DNA from: an uncultured Planctomycetota bacterium
Lineage (GTDB): Bacteria > Planctomycetota > Planctomycetia > Isosphaerales > Isosphaeraceae
Assembly: GCA_963845755.1 (NCBI GenBank)
Contig: CAWJTV010000027.1
Location: forward strand, 263,571 to 327,570
Direction of reading: 5' to 3'
DNA length: 64,000 nucleotides
Position numbers and translations under genes: made by a program. Numbering within the stretch: the first letter of the stretch is position 1; the number at the start of each line of letters is the position of its first letter. Under the pieces are notes generated by a model, which saw only the letters and a list, made by a program, of their open reading frames with translations, did not search any database and was not told the origin of the DNA. Positions 1-11,034 of this stretch are shown in pieces.

Positions 1-58
1 TGGCCCACACCGGCCCCACGACCCGCTCGACGTGATCTCCGAAGAGGTTTGCACTCAT
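1..58 (-). CDS. 5' end of a gene translationally coupled to the PadR regulator (runs off the window)
   Basis: ATG at 58-56 overlaps the PadR-gene TGA (ATGA); reads MSANLFGDHVERVVGPVWA to the window edge. Confidence 0.55.
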   Translation of the reverse strand, partial: MSANLFGDHVERVVGPVWA

Positions 59-399
59 GCCGGTGCCCCCAGAATACCGCCCACGATCGTCACGAACTGC
101 GACCAAGCTTCTCGGCGATGGGCCAGGTCGCGCCGGCCCTTCTCGGTGAGATGGTAGATCCGCCGCCGCGGGCCGCGCCGGCCGCCGGTGTCGGCTTCCC
201 ACTCCGCACGCACCATCCCCGCTTCCTCGAGGCGATACAGGACCGGGTACAGCGTCCCTTCCTTCAGGCTCAGCGCCCCGCAGCCCAGTTCCTCCAGCCG
301 GCGCAAGACCTCGAAGCCATGGGCCTCGCCCCGCGACAGGGACGCCAGCACCATGCCCTCCAGATGGCCACGCAAGGTATCGCCTTCGATCTTTTGCAT
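55..399 (-). CDS. PadR-family transcriptional regulator
   Basis: LRGHLEGMVLASL..HGFEV..EGTLYPVLYRLEEAG..RRIYHLTEKGR winged-helix PadR signature. Confidence 0.93.
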   Translation of the reverse strand: MQKIEGDTLRGHLEGMVLASLSRGEAHGFEVLRRLEELGCGALSLKEGTLYPVLYRLEEAGMVRAEWEADTGGRRGPRRRIYHLTEKGRRDLAHRREAWSQFVTIVGGILGAPA

Positions 400-643
400 G
401 ACTTATTATTTAGCCAGGCTAAGTATCATGTCAAGAGGGCCGTTCGAGCTCGCGGGAACTCCTGGACTTCGAGGCGCGAGTCGATTCGGTCGATGGAGAA
501 GACGAGAAGGGATGGGGAGAGGAGATCGGCGTTGAGATGATCGATCAGGAGGATGGGCGAGCGGGCCTCCCGGCTTCAGCCGGCGCGGGAAATGCCGCGC
601 CATCGAGCTGAAGCCGGGAATCCCAGACGGTCGAGGGCGGCCG

Positions 644-838
644 TCAGATACACGCTGCAACGGTCCCTTCCGACGGGGCGCGGCGCGCGGTTCCGGCGAT
701 CTCTTCGCGGAACACGGGGATATGGCCCGGGGCCTCGATTCCCAGACGGACCTGGTTCCGGTCGATCTTCACGACCGTCAACACGATGTTCCCATCGATC
801 ACGATCTTCTCGTTCGCTTTGCGGCTCAGAACCAGCAT
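644..838 (-). CDS. csrA: Carbon storage regulator CsrA/RsmA
   Basis: MLVLSRKANEKIVIDGNIVLTVVKIDRNQVRLGIEAPGHIPVFREEI; RBS CAGGAGG upstream. Confidence 0.95.
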   Translation of the reverse strand: MLVLSRKANEKIVIDGNIVLTVVKIDRNQVRLGIEAPGHIPVFREEIAGTARRAPSEGTVAACI

Positions 839-1247
839 GACGGCCTCCTGGATTGGTTAACCTGGGTTCTTCTCGATTCCGGTTTCGCGTTTCCCTCGCA
901 ATCCCTATTGCTCCCGCGATCGGCTGGATCTCCGGGACCTCCTTGCTCGGGCCGCGTTGTGCATTTGGGCTATTGCATTCCCGATGCCGACGCGACACAA
1001 TGAGACGTCGAATGTTCCCAAGTTATTACAGGAAAAAGAGTTGCGACATCGCATTCTCGCGAGACGCGATGTCGCCGAATTGGCAGGTCTTCGAAAACTT
1101 GAAACTTTTCTTCTCAACTGGAAAATCGGTTCGCCGGATAATGGGAAAAGGCTAATCTGGTCAGTGGCCATGGGTCATTGGTAGGATCTCCGTGCCGTGC
1201 GCAGGCTCCTGGGGAATTCGAGATTCCCGATTCCAAAGGGATGACCC

Positions 1248-1727
1248 ATGACTAATCTCCGAGTCGGCATCGGCCACGACACCCACCAGTTGGAGGAAGG
1301 GCGGCCGTTGGTCCTGGGAGGCGTGCGGATCGACCACCCGCGGGGATTGGTGGGTCATTCCGACGCCGACCTGGTCTGCCACGCGGTGGTCAACGCGATC
1401 CTCGGCGCGGCTGGTCTGGGCGACATCGGGGAGCATTATCCGGACACGGATCCCCGATGGCGCGGGGTGGACAGCACGACGCTCCTGGCGGAGGTGGTCG
1501 ACCGGGTCGAACAGGTCGGCTGGCGGGTGGTCAACTGCGACGCGATCATCCACGCCCAGGAGCCCAAGCTGACCCCCCACAAGCCGGCCATCCGCGCCAA
1601 CCTCGCGCGGCTGCTCCGTGTCGCTGAGGCGGCCGTGAACGTCAAGGCCAAGACCGGCGAGCACGTCGGGCCCGTCGGCCGGGGCGAGGCCATTGTCTGT
1701 GACGTTGTGGTGCTCATCTCTCGATAG
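1248..1727 (+). CDS. ispF: 2-C-methyl-D-erythritol 2,4-cyclodiphosphate synthase
   Basis: RVGIGHDTH, GHSDAD, GLGDIGEHYPDTD, NVKAKTGE motifs. Confidence 0.97.
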   Translation: MTNLRVGIGHDTHQLEEGRPLVLGGVRIDHPRGLVGHSDADLVCHAVVNAILGAAGLGDIGEHYPDTDPRWRGVDSTTLLAEVVDRVEQVGWRVVNCDAIIHAQEPKLTPHKPAIRANLARLLRVAEAAVNVKAKTGEHVGPVGRGEAIVCDVVVLISR

Positions 1728-1741
1728 GCGGTGGCCGGTTC

Positions 1742-1806
1742 GTAGGGTGCTCAGCGAGCACCGAGGTGCAGGCCCCGGCCGTCCCGGTGCTCACACGGCA
1801 CCCTAC
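1742..1806. repeat. GTAG-type REP-like inverted repeat between ispF and cysS
   Basis: GTAGGGTGC...GCACCCTAC outer arms with an internal GGTGCTC/GAGCACC palindrome. Confidence 0.65.
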
Positions 1807-1826
1807 CAGGTTGGAAAGATTGATCC

Positions 1827-3304
1827 ATGCCATTGCGCGTTTATAACACACTGAGTCAGTCCAAGGAGCCATTCCAGACGGTCCAACCCGGCAAGGTCGG
1901 GATGTACGTCTGCGGCCCGACGGTCTATTCGCCCAGTCACATCGGCCACATGGTCGGGCCGGTGATCTTCGACACGATCAAGCGATACCTCGTGTATCTC
2001 GGCTACGAGGTCGCGTGGGTGGTGAATATCACCGACGTCGATGACAAGCTGATCGTGCAGGCCCACAAGGAAGGGACGACCGTCCTGGAGCTGGCCGAGC
2101 GGGTGACCCGGGATTATCTCGATTGCCTGGCGGCGCTGGGGGTCGACGGGATCGACCAGATGCCGCGCGCCACCGAGCACATCGGCGAGATCGTCGGGAT
2201 CAACCGCGAGCTGATCGCCAAGGGGTTCGCGTACGAGTCGGGCGGCGACGTGTATTTCGACGTCGGCAAGGCCCCCGAATACGGCAAGCTCAGCCACCGC
2301 GACCCGGAGGACCTGCTGGCCGGCGCGGATCGAGCCCACGGTGCTGAAGCGCCATCCCGGCGACTTCGCGCTGTGGAAGCGGTCCAAGCCCGGCGAGCCG
2401 TCGTGGGAGAGCCCCTGGGGACCGGGCCGGCCCGGCTGGCACATCGAATGCTCGGCCATGAGCATGAAGTACCTGGGCCGGCACTTCGACATCCACGGCG
2501 GCGGCCTCGACCTGGTCTTCCCCCACCACGAGAACGAGCTGGTCCAGTCCGAGTCCTACAGCGGCGAGACCTTCGCCTCGTACTGGCTGCACAACGGCCT
2601 GCTGACCAAGCAGGGCCGGAAGATCTCCAAGTCCGACCCCGACACGATCGTATTGATGAGCGACCTGCTCGCGGCCCACGCGCCGGACACCCTCCGCGCG
2701 CTCTTGCTCTCGAGCCACTATCGCCACCCGATCGATTTCGGCCCGAATCGGCTGGAGGAGGTCGAGCGCGGGCTCCAGACGTTCTACCGGGCGTTCGAAC
2801 GGTTCGCCGAGCTGACCGGCACGCGGTTCGACCAGCTCGAAGCCCCGACGCGCCGGCAGGACCCCAACGACGGCGGCACGCCCTTGCTCCAGGAGATCGG
2901 CGAGCACCGCCTGCGATTCCTCGACGCCATGGACGACGACTTCAACACCGGGGGGGCCCTCGGCGAGCTCTTCGAGATCGTCCACGCGCTCAATCGCTTC
3001 GCCCATCAGGCCGGCCTCGACCCGGGCCGCGCACGCCCTGGGCGTGCTCGACGAGTATCGCGCCGGCATGCTCGTGCTCAAGGAGCTCAGCCAGATCCTC
3101 GGCCTGTTCCGCCGGCCCGTCGAGCCGCGCACGCAGACCGGAGACACGCTCACCGAGCCCCTCCTCGGTCTCCTCGTCGAACTCCGCAACCGGCTCCGCA
3201 AGGAGAAGAACTTCGCCATGGCCGACGAGATCCGCAACCGCCTCACCGACCTCGGCGTGACCCTCGAGGACCGGCCCGACGGCACCCGCTGGCGCATCTC
3301 CTGA
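1827..3304 (+). CDS. cysS: Cysteine--tRNA ligase (two frameshifts near 2325 and 3035, probably sequencing errors)
   Basis: [73 protein letters not shown] across ORFs 1827, 2341 and 3044. Confidence 0.96.
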
Positions 3305-3305
3305 T

Positions 3306-3436
3306 GCCGGGATCCGGGATTGGGCTGCGGCACTCAGGATCTTCGATCCGGAATCCGGGATCGCGAAACCGGAATCCCACAGATGGAGCGACGATGTCCA
3401 GCGACTTCAATCCCAAATCCCAGATCCCAAATCCAA
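3306..3436. repeat. Degenerate heptamer-periodic repeat tract (GGAATCC / AATCCCA-like)
   Basis: gatccggaatccgggatcgcgaaaccggaatccc and aatcccaaatcccagatcccaaatcc; extends into the ruvC 5' end (NPKSQIPNP). Confidence 0.7.
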
Positions 3437-3948
3437 GAACCGAAGAGACGAGGGTCGTGGGGATCGACCCGGGGCTGAACGTTACCGGCTATGCGGTGGT
3501 CGAACCCTCGTCGCGCGGGGCATTCGTGGTCGAGGCAGGGGTGATCCGGCCGGGGTCCGGATGCCGGGCCATGGGCGAGCGGCTCGCCTGGATCCATCGG
3601 GGGATCGTCGAGGTGCTCGACGCGTTCCCGCCCGCGGCCGTCGCGCTGGAGCAGGTCCACAGCCATGTGAAGCATCCGCGCACGGCGATCCTGATGGCCC
3701 ACGCGCGCGGGGTGATCGTGCTGGCCGCGGCGCAGCGCAATACGCCGGTCGTCGGCTACGCCGCCACGCGGATCAAGAAGACCCTCACCGGCAGCGGACG
3801 CGCCCCGAAGTCGCAGGTCCAGCACGCGATCATGGCCGAGCTTGGCCTCGACCGGCTCCCCGAGCCCAACGACGTCGCCGATGCCTGCGCGGTGGCCCTC
3901 TGCCACTTCCACATCAGCCGGAACCAGCGACTGTTGAAGGATATCTAA
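3394..3948 (+). CDS. ruvC: Crossover junction endodeoxyribonuclease RuvC
   Basis: VVGIDPGLNVTGYAVV, ALEQV, AHARGV, IKKTLTGSGRAPKSQV, DVADACAVALCH. Confidence 0.95.
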   Translation: MSSDFNPKSQIPNPRTEETRVVGIDPGLNVTGYAVVEPSSRGAFVVEAGVIRPGSGCRAMGERLAWIHRGIVEVLDAFPPAAVALEQVHSHVKHPRTAILMAHARGVIVLAAAQRNTPVVGYAATRIKKTLTGSGRAPKSQVQHAIMAELGLDRLPEPNDVADACAVALCHFHISRNQRLLKDI

Positions 3949-4129
3949 TAGTACCGGGCGACGGTAACCTCGATCAGACACCCAGGCCCAAGGTCCGTCG
4001 GGAGCGTCGTGATTCCGGGTTCGGTGGCAATGACGAGATCCCGCTTGCCTTGACCGCTCGCATCCTCGACGATTGAGGCCGTTCACGGGCGATCGCCGAA
4101 CCCTCAATCCGTCACGAGGAGGAATCACG

Positions 4130-6281
4130 ATGTTGCGCGCGAGCTTGCTGGTCGGCGTGATCCTGGCCATTGCCTCGGCCGCCGGCGCGGTCGAGGATCC
4201 GCCCAAGTCCCTGGACTTGCGAGTGCTGAAGTTGGGAGGAGACGCCCGGAATCCGCCTGCACACGAGATGCTCCATCGCTATCTCCTCGACCAGGCGCGC
4301 GGGCAATTCGACGCTCGGCGCAAGGCGATCGCCGCGATCAAGACACCCGAGGACATTGCCAAGCGGCAGAAGGCGATGCGGGCATTCTTCCTCCAATCGC
4401 TGGGCGACCTGCCCGAACGCACGCCGTTGAACGCGCGCGTCGTCGGGACACTTCGGAAGGACGGCTACCGCGTCGAGAAGATCCTCTTCGAGGGCCGGCC
4501 GGCCCATCACGTGACGGCCAACCTCTACCTGCCCGAGGGGAATCCGCCGTTCCCCGGCATCCTGCTGCCCTGCGGCCACAGCGACGACGGCAAGGCCTAT
4601 GAAGGTTATCAGCGCGCGTGTATCTTGCTGGCGAAGAACGGGATGGCGGTCCTCTGTTATGACCCGATCGGCCAGGGCGAGCGATTCCAGCGCCTCGATG
4701 CGCAGGGCAAGCCGGTGATCCGCGGCACGACCGAGCACACCATGGCCGGGATCGGGGCGCTCTTGATCGGCCGGCAGTTGGCGAGCTATCGGATCTGGGA
4801 CGGCCTGCGCACTCGACTACCTCGCGAGCCGGCCCGAGATCGATCCCCACCGCCTGGGCTGCACCGGCAACTCGGGGGGCGGCACCATGACATCCTACCT
4901 CATGGCGCTCGACGACCGGATCGCCGTGGCCGCGCCGTCGTGTTTCATCACCTCGCTGGAGCGGCTCTTCGCCACGATCGGCCCGCAGGACGCCGAGCAA
5001 AACATCACCGGCCAGGTCGCCGCCGGCCTGGATCACGCCGATTACATCACCCTCCACGCGCCGAAGCCGACCCTCCTCACGGTCGGCACCCGCGACTTCT
5101 TCGATATCCAGGGGAGCTGGGACACGTTCCGCGAGGTCAAGCTGATCTTCGGACGACTCGGCCACGGCGAACGCGTCGACCTGTTCGAGTCGGATGAGGA
5201 ACACGGCTTTACGCGCCCCCGGCGCATCGCCACGGCCCGATGGATGAAACGCTGGCTCTTGAAGCAGGACGAGGCCGTCGATGAGCCCGATTTCCCGATC
5301 GCCACCGACGCCGAATTGCAATGCACCCGGACCGGCCAGGTCCTCACCGAGTTCAAAGACAAGTCGGTGTTTGATCTGAACGTCGAGTATGCCGGCTTGC
5401 TGCGGTCGCTACGGCCGTTCGCCAATGCCCAGTTATCGGCCACCGAGTTCCGCCGATCTGTCCAGGAGCGGCTGGGCCTGGCGAACCGCCGCATCGCGCC
5501 GGCCAAGCCGCGATCCGTGGGGAAGATCTCCCGACCGGGCTTCACCGTCGAAAAGCTGATCTTCGAGACCGAGCCGGGGATCGTCATCCCGGCGCTCGAC
5601 ATCACCGCGGCCCAGCCCAGTCAGCAGGCGACGCCCGTCGTGAAGGTCGGCGTGGACTGGAATCGAGAGCTGACGTCCGACGCGGCGATCGAAGACCTGC
5701 TGCGGAACGCCGGGCGGATCCTGCTCGTAAATCCCCGGGGGATGGGCGAGACCGATCCCGGCGCCGGGGCCCAGCGGCGCGAGTCGCCGTTCGGACGCGA
5801 CGTGAAGGAAGCATTCCTGACGATCCATCTCGCCCGGCCCTTGCTGGGCCAGCGCGCGGCCGACATCCTGGCCGTGCTGGATGGCCTGAAGGCCGGCTCC
5901 GGCCCGAATTCCGGGTTCACGCTGATGGGCGCCGGGGCGGCCGGCCCGATCGTGCTCCACGCCGCCTTGCTCGACGAACGGGGCCTGGTCAAGGACGTCG
6001 TGCTGGAGCGGTCGCTCGTCTCCTGGGAGGACGTCGTCACGAAGGGTATCAGCCGCGATCAACTCGGCAACGTCGTCCCCGGCGTACTCCAGGGATACGA
6101 CCTGCCCGACCTCGCCGCCCGGCTGGCGCCGCGCCCCTTGCGAATCGAATCGCCGGTCGATGCGATGGGTCAGCCAATCTCCGCACCGACGATGCAACGT
6201 GCCTACTCGGCATGCATCAAGGCTTACCGTTCGTCGAACGGGCTCGAGCTGCGGGCCGGTCGATCCACGGGATCGAGGTGA
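4130..6281 (+). CDS. Secreted two-domain alpha/beta-hydrolase (acetylxylan-esterase-like), frameshift near 4810
   Basis: Signal peptide; YRVEKILFE..VTANLYLP, YDPIGQGER, GCTGNSGGG nucleophile elbow after frame correction; second degenerate hydrolase domain. Confidence 0.85.
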
Positions 6282-6636
6282 CCCGGCCGACGTAGGTGTT
6301 GAGGACCCATGCCGTCGGTTCGTTACTTTCAGAGTGAACCAGAGCGGTTCACCCGGTGCGGTGGACATCTTTTTTCGAACCAGTCGACCGCCACACCGGC
6401 GAGGGAGTCGATCATCGCAACCGCACTTCTTTATTTTGCGTTTTGTAGAACATTTTAAGCCATCAATAACGTCGCTTCCCGGTTTCTTGTTGCGAAAATG
6501 AGGCATTAATAAAGATCAAACCGGTCAAAAAATGCGGGTGCTTTCTGAAAAGACGGGGATTCTCGTCGGCCCGGCGAGTGTGGCTTCAAGACAAGACCGA
6601 AGGAGGCGAAAAGCCCGATCTGGTTGCGTTTCCCGA

Positions 6637-6694
6637 ACCCCGCAGGCGCGACATCACGCCACGCCGAACCGGCGGTGATGTCGCCTCTGCGGGG
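6637..6694. repeat. REP-like hairpin
   Basis: CCCCGCAGGCGCGACATCAC...GTGATGTCGCCTCTGCGGGG inverted arms. Confidence 0.65.
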
Positions 6695-7105
6695 CTTTTC
6701 GGCAGGGAGGAAGTTGGTCCTGGGGTTATCAGCCGGGGTTTGCGATGGTGGGTTGCAGCCGCCCTACGAAGCTCAAAACCGGACTTCTCAAACAGGGGCT
6801 TACCGAATCCAGACGATTTTTGTCCGCAACCTATTGTTTGGAATTCGCTGTCTTGAAAAACGATTCGTGTATGAGCGATAATCGCGGCGATCCAGGAGGA
6901 GACTTTCGGCACCGGGTCGCTGTCGCTCGGAAATTGAGGCCGTACGCCCTGGTTTTTTGCGAAATCGGTTTGACGCCGAAAGTGGATGCTTGTTTGGGTC
7001 TACAGCGGACCTCGTGCGGGTCCAGCGGGTGATCGGGACGATCAGAGCCCAGGTTTGAGTCACCTGACCGAGCTGCAATCACCTTCCTCGGAGTCGTATC
7101 GAGAA

Positions 7106-8126
7106 ATGCTCGATTACGCAATGCGCCTGGGTGGGGCTCTGCTATTCCGCGCCAGCCGGCGTACGGCCTGGAACCGTCGATGGCTGGCTGGGGGCACCAC
7201 GGGCCTTCGGATCCTCACCTTTCACGAGGTGGGCGGCCGGCAATTCTCGCCATTCCGGCGGCTCATCGACTGGTGCCGGGATCGCTTCGAGGTGGGCGTG
7301 CCGGAGGACTGCGACGCCCTGCTTGAGGGCAGAATGGTTCCGGGGGCCCGCGACAAGTTTCTCGCGACGTTCGACGACGGCTTGAGGAGTCACTATACCG
7401 CTGCGGAATGGCTCGCCGACCAAGGGATCCGCGCCAGCTTCTTCATCGTCCCCTCCTGGCTTGACCGAAGCGTCGGCGAGTACTTGTCCCACCATAGACA
7501 TCATGGGGTCACGGCGTTCGAATTCGATTCTTCCGCGCGGTCGCTCGCCTCGACGCAGGTCCGCGAGATCGCGGCGATGGGGCATCGGATCTGCGCTCAC
7601 AACGATGCCCACCGAAGCCTGGCCGACCTGAGGACCAGAGCCGACCTGGATTACGAGATTTCGCAGGCGGTGGAGGCGGTGGAGCGGCTCACGGGTCGCG
7701 CCTTGCCACGACTTCGCGTTTGCGTTCGGGCAGCCGGACAACCTGTCCGACGAGGCAACAGAGTTCCTCCTCCGAAAATGCAAACGTGTCTACTCTTGCG
7801 TCCGGGGTCTGAACGTTCCGGGGCGGACGCCTCGTTTTCTGCTTCGAGGCCACATCGTCTTCGAGTATCCCGGCACCTTCACCCGGCTTTGTGTCGAGGG
7901 GGGAGCGGACCACTTGATGACGCCGCGACATACCTGGTTGGTCGATCGGACCGGCCTCCTTCCCCCAAGTCGCAACGGTGTCATCGGCGAGGCCCCAGCC
8001 ACGATGCGAAGCCGCGAGTCGGTGCGATCCCCAGAGACCGGGTGTGCCGAGAGCCGGTCGCCAAACGAGCCAACCTCGATCAGAGACCGATCCGACGACC
8101 AATTCGCGGCCGGCCCGGACGCTTGA
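7106..8126 (+). CDS. Polysaccharide deacetylase (NodB/CE4-like), frameshift near 7700
   Basis: ILTFHEV, ATFDDG, ASFFIVP, ICAHNDAH; continues FAFAFG in the next frame. Confidence 0.82.
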
Positions 8127-8145
8127 ACTGGGAGGACATGATCCG

Positions 8146-9432
8146 ATGGCTTTGCATGGCCTCCGCATCCTTCTTGATCTGATCGTTCTTGGCTCTCTCG
8201 CGTTGACGCTGATCCTCATTCCACCGTTCATCTACCTTGCCGTGATTACGGTTGCGGCGCTGCTGGGGCGGCGTGTGATGAAGGGGCCGCTCAGAGGCCC
8301 CACCGATCCCATGCGGATCACTTTCGTGATTCCCGCCCATAACGAGGAGGCCGGCATCGGCGCCACCATCGCGAGCTGTCGCGAGGTGGACTACCCCAAG
8401 GACCAGTTCCGCGTCGTCGTCATTGCTGACAATTGCGCCGACCAGACGGCCGAGGCGGCCCGCCTTGCCGGCGCCGAGGTCTTGGAGCGGACTGACCCGG
8501 ACCATCGCGGCAAGGGCTACGCCCTCAAGCACTTCTTCCTGGCCGATCCTCCGGACGACCCCGGCGCGGGGTACGATGCGGTGGTCATTGTCGATGCGGA
8601 CTCCCAGGTGGATCGGACGATCCTCACCGCCTTTACGGGGCGGCTTGCCAGTGGACAGGACTGGCTCCAGTGCATGAATACCGTGGGGAACCCGCATGAA
8701 TCCTGGCGAACCCAATTGCTGACCATCAGCTTCGACCTGCATAACGGAATCCAACTCCTCGGGCAGGACCTGTTGCGCCTGAGCGTCGGTCTCAGGGGCA
8801 ACGGAATGTGCCTGTCCCGCCGCGGGCTGGCCCGGCACTCGTGGAACGCATACGGCCTGACCGAAGACTTCGAGTTCTCGTGGATGCTTCGCGCCAGGGG
8901 CGAGCGGGTCCGCTTCGTCCCTGAAGCCCGGGTCGTCAGCGATATGATCAGCGATGATGCTCCTGCCGCAAAGGTGCAGAGGCAGCGTTGGGAAATCGGT
9001 CGTCTCTCGATGCGAAGGAAGTTCGTCCGTTCCCTGATCGTGTCGGATCGCCTGACGATCTTCCAGAAGTTGATGTACTTGCTGGACCTGTTTTCCCCAT
9101 CTCTTGTAATCTTGATGCTCGACTTGCTGCTCGCGGGAAGTGTGGGCCTGATCCGAACAGGCGATTCCGTCTTCGGAGTCATCGTGCCGTGGTTGCTTCT
9201 CATACAGGGACTCATGGCCGCTTTGCTCCTGCTCTATGTACTCAGCCCCATGGTTGTGATGGGACTCTCGGGCCGTTTCCTGTGGAGTCTGCTCCATCTG
9301 CCCCAGTACGCACTCTGGAAGCTGATCGCGATGCTGGACCCGAGACCGTCGGGATGGGTGCCGACCCCGCGCCAATCGAGCAAGGGTCCCAGGGTCGAGC
9401 CAAGGCTCCCTTGTTCCGGGGGCGAGTTGTGA
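8146..9432 (+). CDS. Family 2 glycosyltransferase with membrane segments
   Basis: VIPAHNEE, ADNCAD, GKGYAL, VDAD, LTED, QRQRW motifs. Confidence 0.92.
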   Translation: MALHGLRILLDLIVLGSLALTLILIPPFIYLAVITVAALLGRRVMKGPLRGPTDPMRITFVIPAHNEEAGIGATIASCREVDYPKDQFRVVVIADNCADQTAEAARLAGAEVLERTDPDHRGKGYALKHFFLADPPDDPGAGYDAVVIVDADSQVDRTILTAFTGRLASGQDWLQCMNTVGNPHESWRTQLLTISFDLHNGIQLLGQDLLRLSVGLRGNGMCLSRRGLARHSWNAYGLTEDFEFSWMLRARGERVRFVPEARVVSDMISDDAPAAKVQRQRWEIGRLSMRRKFVRSLIVSDRLTIFQKLMYLLDLFSPSLVILMLDLLLAGSVGLIRTGDSVFGVIVPWLLLIQGLMAALLLLYVLSPMVVMGLSGRFLWSLLHLPQYALWKLIAMLDPRPSGWVPTPRQSSKGPRVEPRLPCSGGEL

Positions 9433-9696
9433 GGCCGCTCGGAATCGTCGGGCCAACGATGATCGGAGTGAGCGACTTGGCCTCGGACTGGAGCCGGGGG
9501 GCCGGCTCGGATGGTCATAACCTTCGTAGGACCTCTCACCGGCGAAGGTACAAGGTCCTCCTGAAAGGACGATCTCGAATCCAGGTCAGGACAACCTGGC
9601 AGCCAGTCCTCGAAGAGCCGGTCCCATTGCGGATTTCGAACCGCTGTGCGGAACCGCGATTCCGCGTTGATACCCGCGGGGGAACCAAGTTCAGCC

Positions 9697-10919
9697 ATGC
9701 TTGTACTTAGCTTGCTCGAGCCTGAAGAAGCGATCCGCGATGCCGAATTGCGAAGACAGTGGGAGCTCTCCCTGGGTCTTGTCAATCCCTTGAACCGGAT
9801 CTTCGCCTCACCGGACTGGTTCTTCCACCGTTGGCGAGTCTTTCATCGAGGGAACCGTCTCGCGATCCTGCGGGACGGCGAACACCGGGTGATCGGCATC
9901 TGTCCCCTCGATTTCTATCCCGTCACATTGAACTACGGGGTGAGGAAGTGGATCTTCCGTACGATCGCGTTCCCGGCCGCAGTGCTCATGGGGGGCGAAC
10001 CGATGCTGGCCGCCGAGCCGGCACTGTACCGTGCGCTGTTCGATGGCCTCTTCAAAGAATTGAAAGGGTGCGGCTGCATCACCCTCGAGTCCTCGCCGCT
10101 GGAGAGCATGACCTGGAAGTATTTCCAGGGGCCAGGCGGTCGCAGCCGGAACTATTACACCTATGACCCGATTGGGGAGCGGCGGACCTGGTATTATATT
10201 GAACTCGGTCAGGACTTTGATCGGTACCTCGAGTCTCTGCCTTCCAAGTCACGAACCAACATCAAGAACAAGGAGCGCAAATTCCGTAAGAATAGTCCGG
10301 CGCGATCGCATGTCAGCAGGTACGGACCGAGGACCAGGTTGACCGCTTCTACGAATCCGCATGCCAGATCGCCGAACGATCGTGGCGACATCGAGAATTC
10401 GGCCGGGAATTCGGCCATCCCGCGCTGGTCCTCGACTCACTCAGAGACCTGGCTCGCTGCAACCTGCTCCGAGCGTACTTGTTAACGTGCGGCGGGGAGC
10501 CGCTGGCCTACGTCGTCGGCTACCAGTTCCAGGGCGTTTACGAATATGCCGAGACGGCGTATGTGGAAGACTTCGGTTCGCTCGGGCCCGGAACGTTCTT
10601 GCTCTACTCCATCCTCCAGGAGCTGCACAAATACGACGCGCCTCAGTTCTTCAACTTCGGCGCGGGTGCGGGTGACCTCAAGAGACTCTTCGCCAACCGC
10701 AGCTCGTTCGACTCGGCTGTCCTCCTGTTCCGCCGCACTCCGGCCAATCGGATGCGGAGCATGACCCATGGAGCGTTTCGTTCGGCCCTGCTGCTAGCGA
10801 GGCGTCTCCTGAAAGGCCGGCGAAGCCGGAACTCACCACCGGATTCCAGGGCGTCCTGCGGCCCAGCCAACGGGGTAGAGAACGCGGGAGTTCCGTCGTC
10901 GAAGGGTTCCATCTCGTGA
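9697..10919 (+). CDS. GNAT-family acyltransferase (CelD/BcsL-like), frameshift near 10300
   Basis: FDRYLESLPSKSRTNIKNKERK; AYVVGYQ..ETAY..GPGTFLL..FNFGAG..KRLFAN. Confidence 0.75.
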
Positions 10920-11034
10920 ACGGCTGATGTCGGGTAGATTGTGCGGAGACACGCGAAAGAACGGGATGAGGCTGGTCGCGTCGTCCCTCATCGAAGCAAA
11001 GGTTGAGCGTCCGGTCTTCACAGGGAGCAGCGCG

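Noticed and set aside
2341..3948. Apparent CysS-RuvC fusion ORF
   Set aside because: Produced by the frameshift near 3035; the real CysS C-terminus is in another frame ending at 3304, and ruvC has its own ATG at 3394
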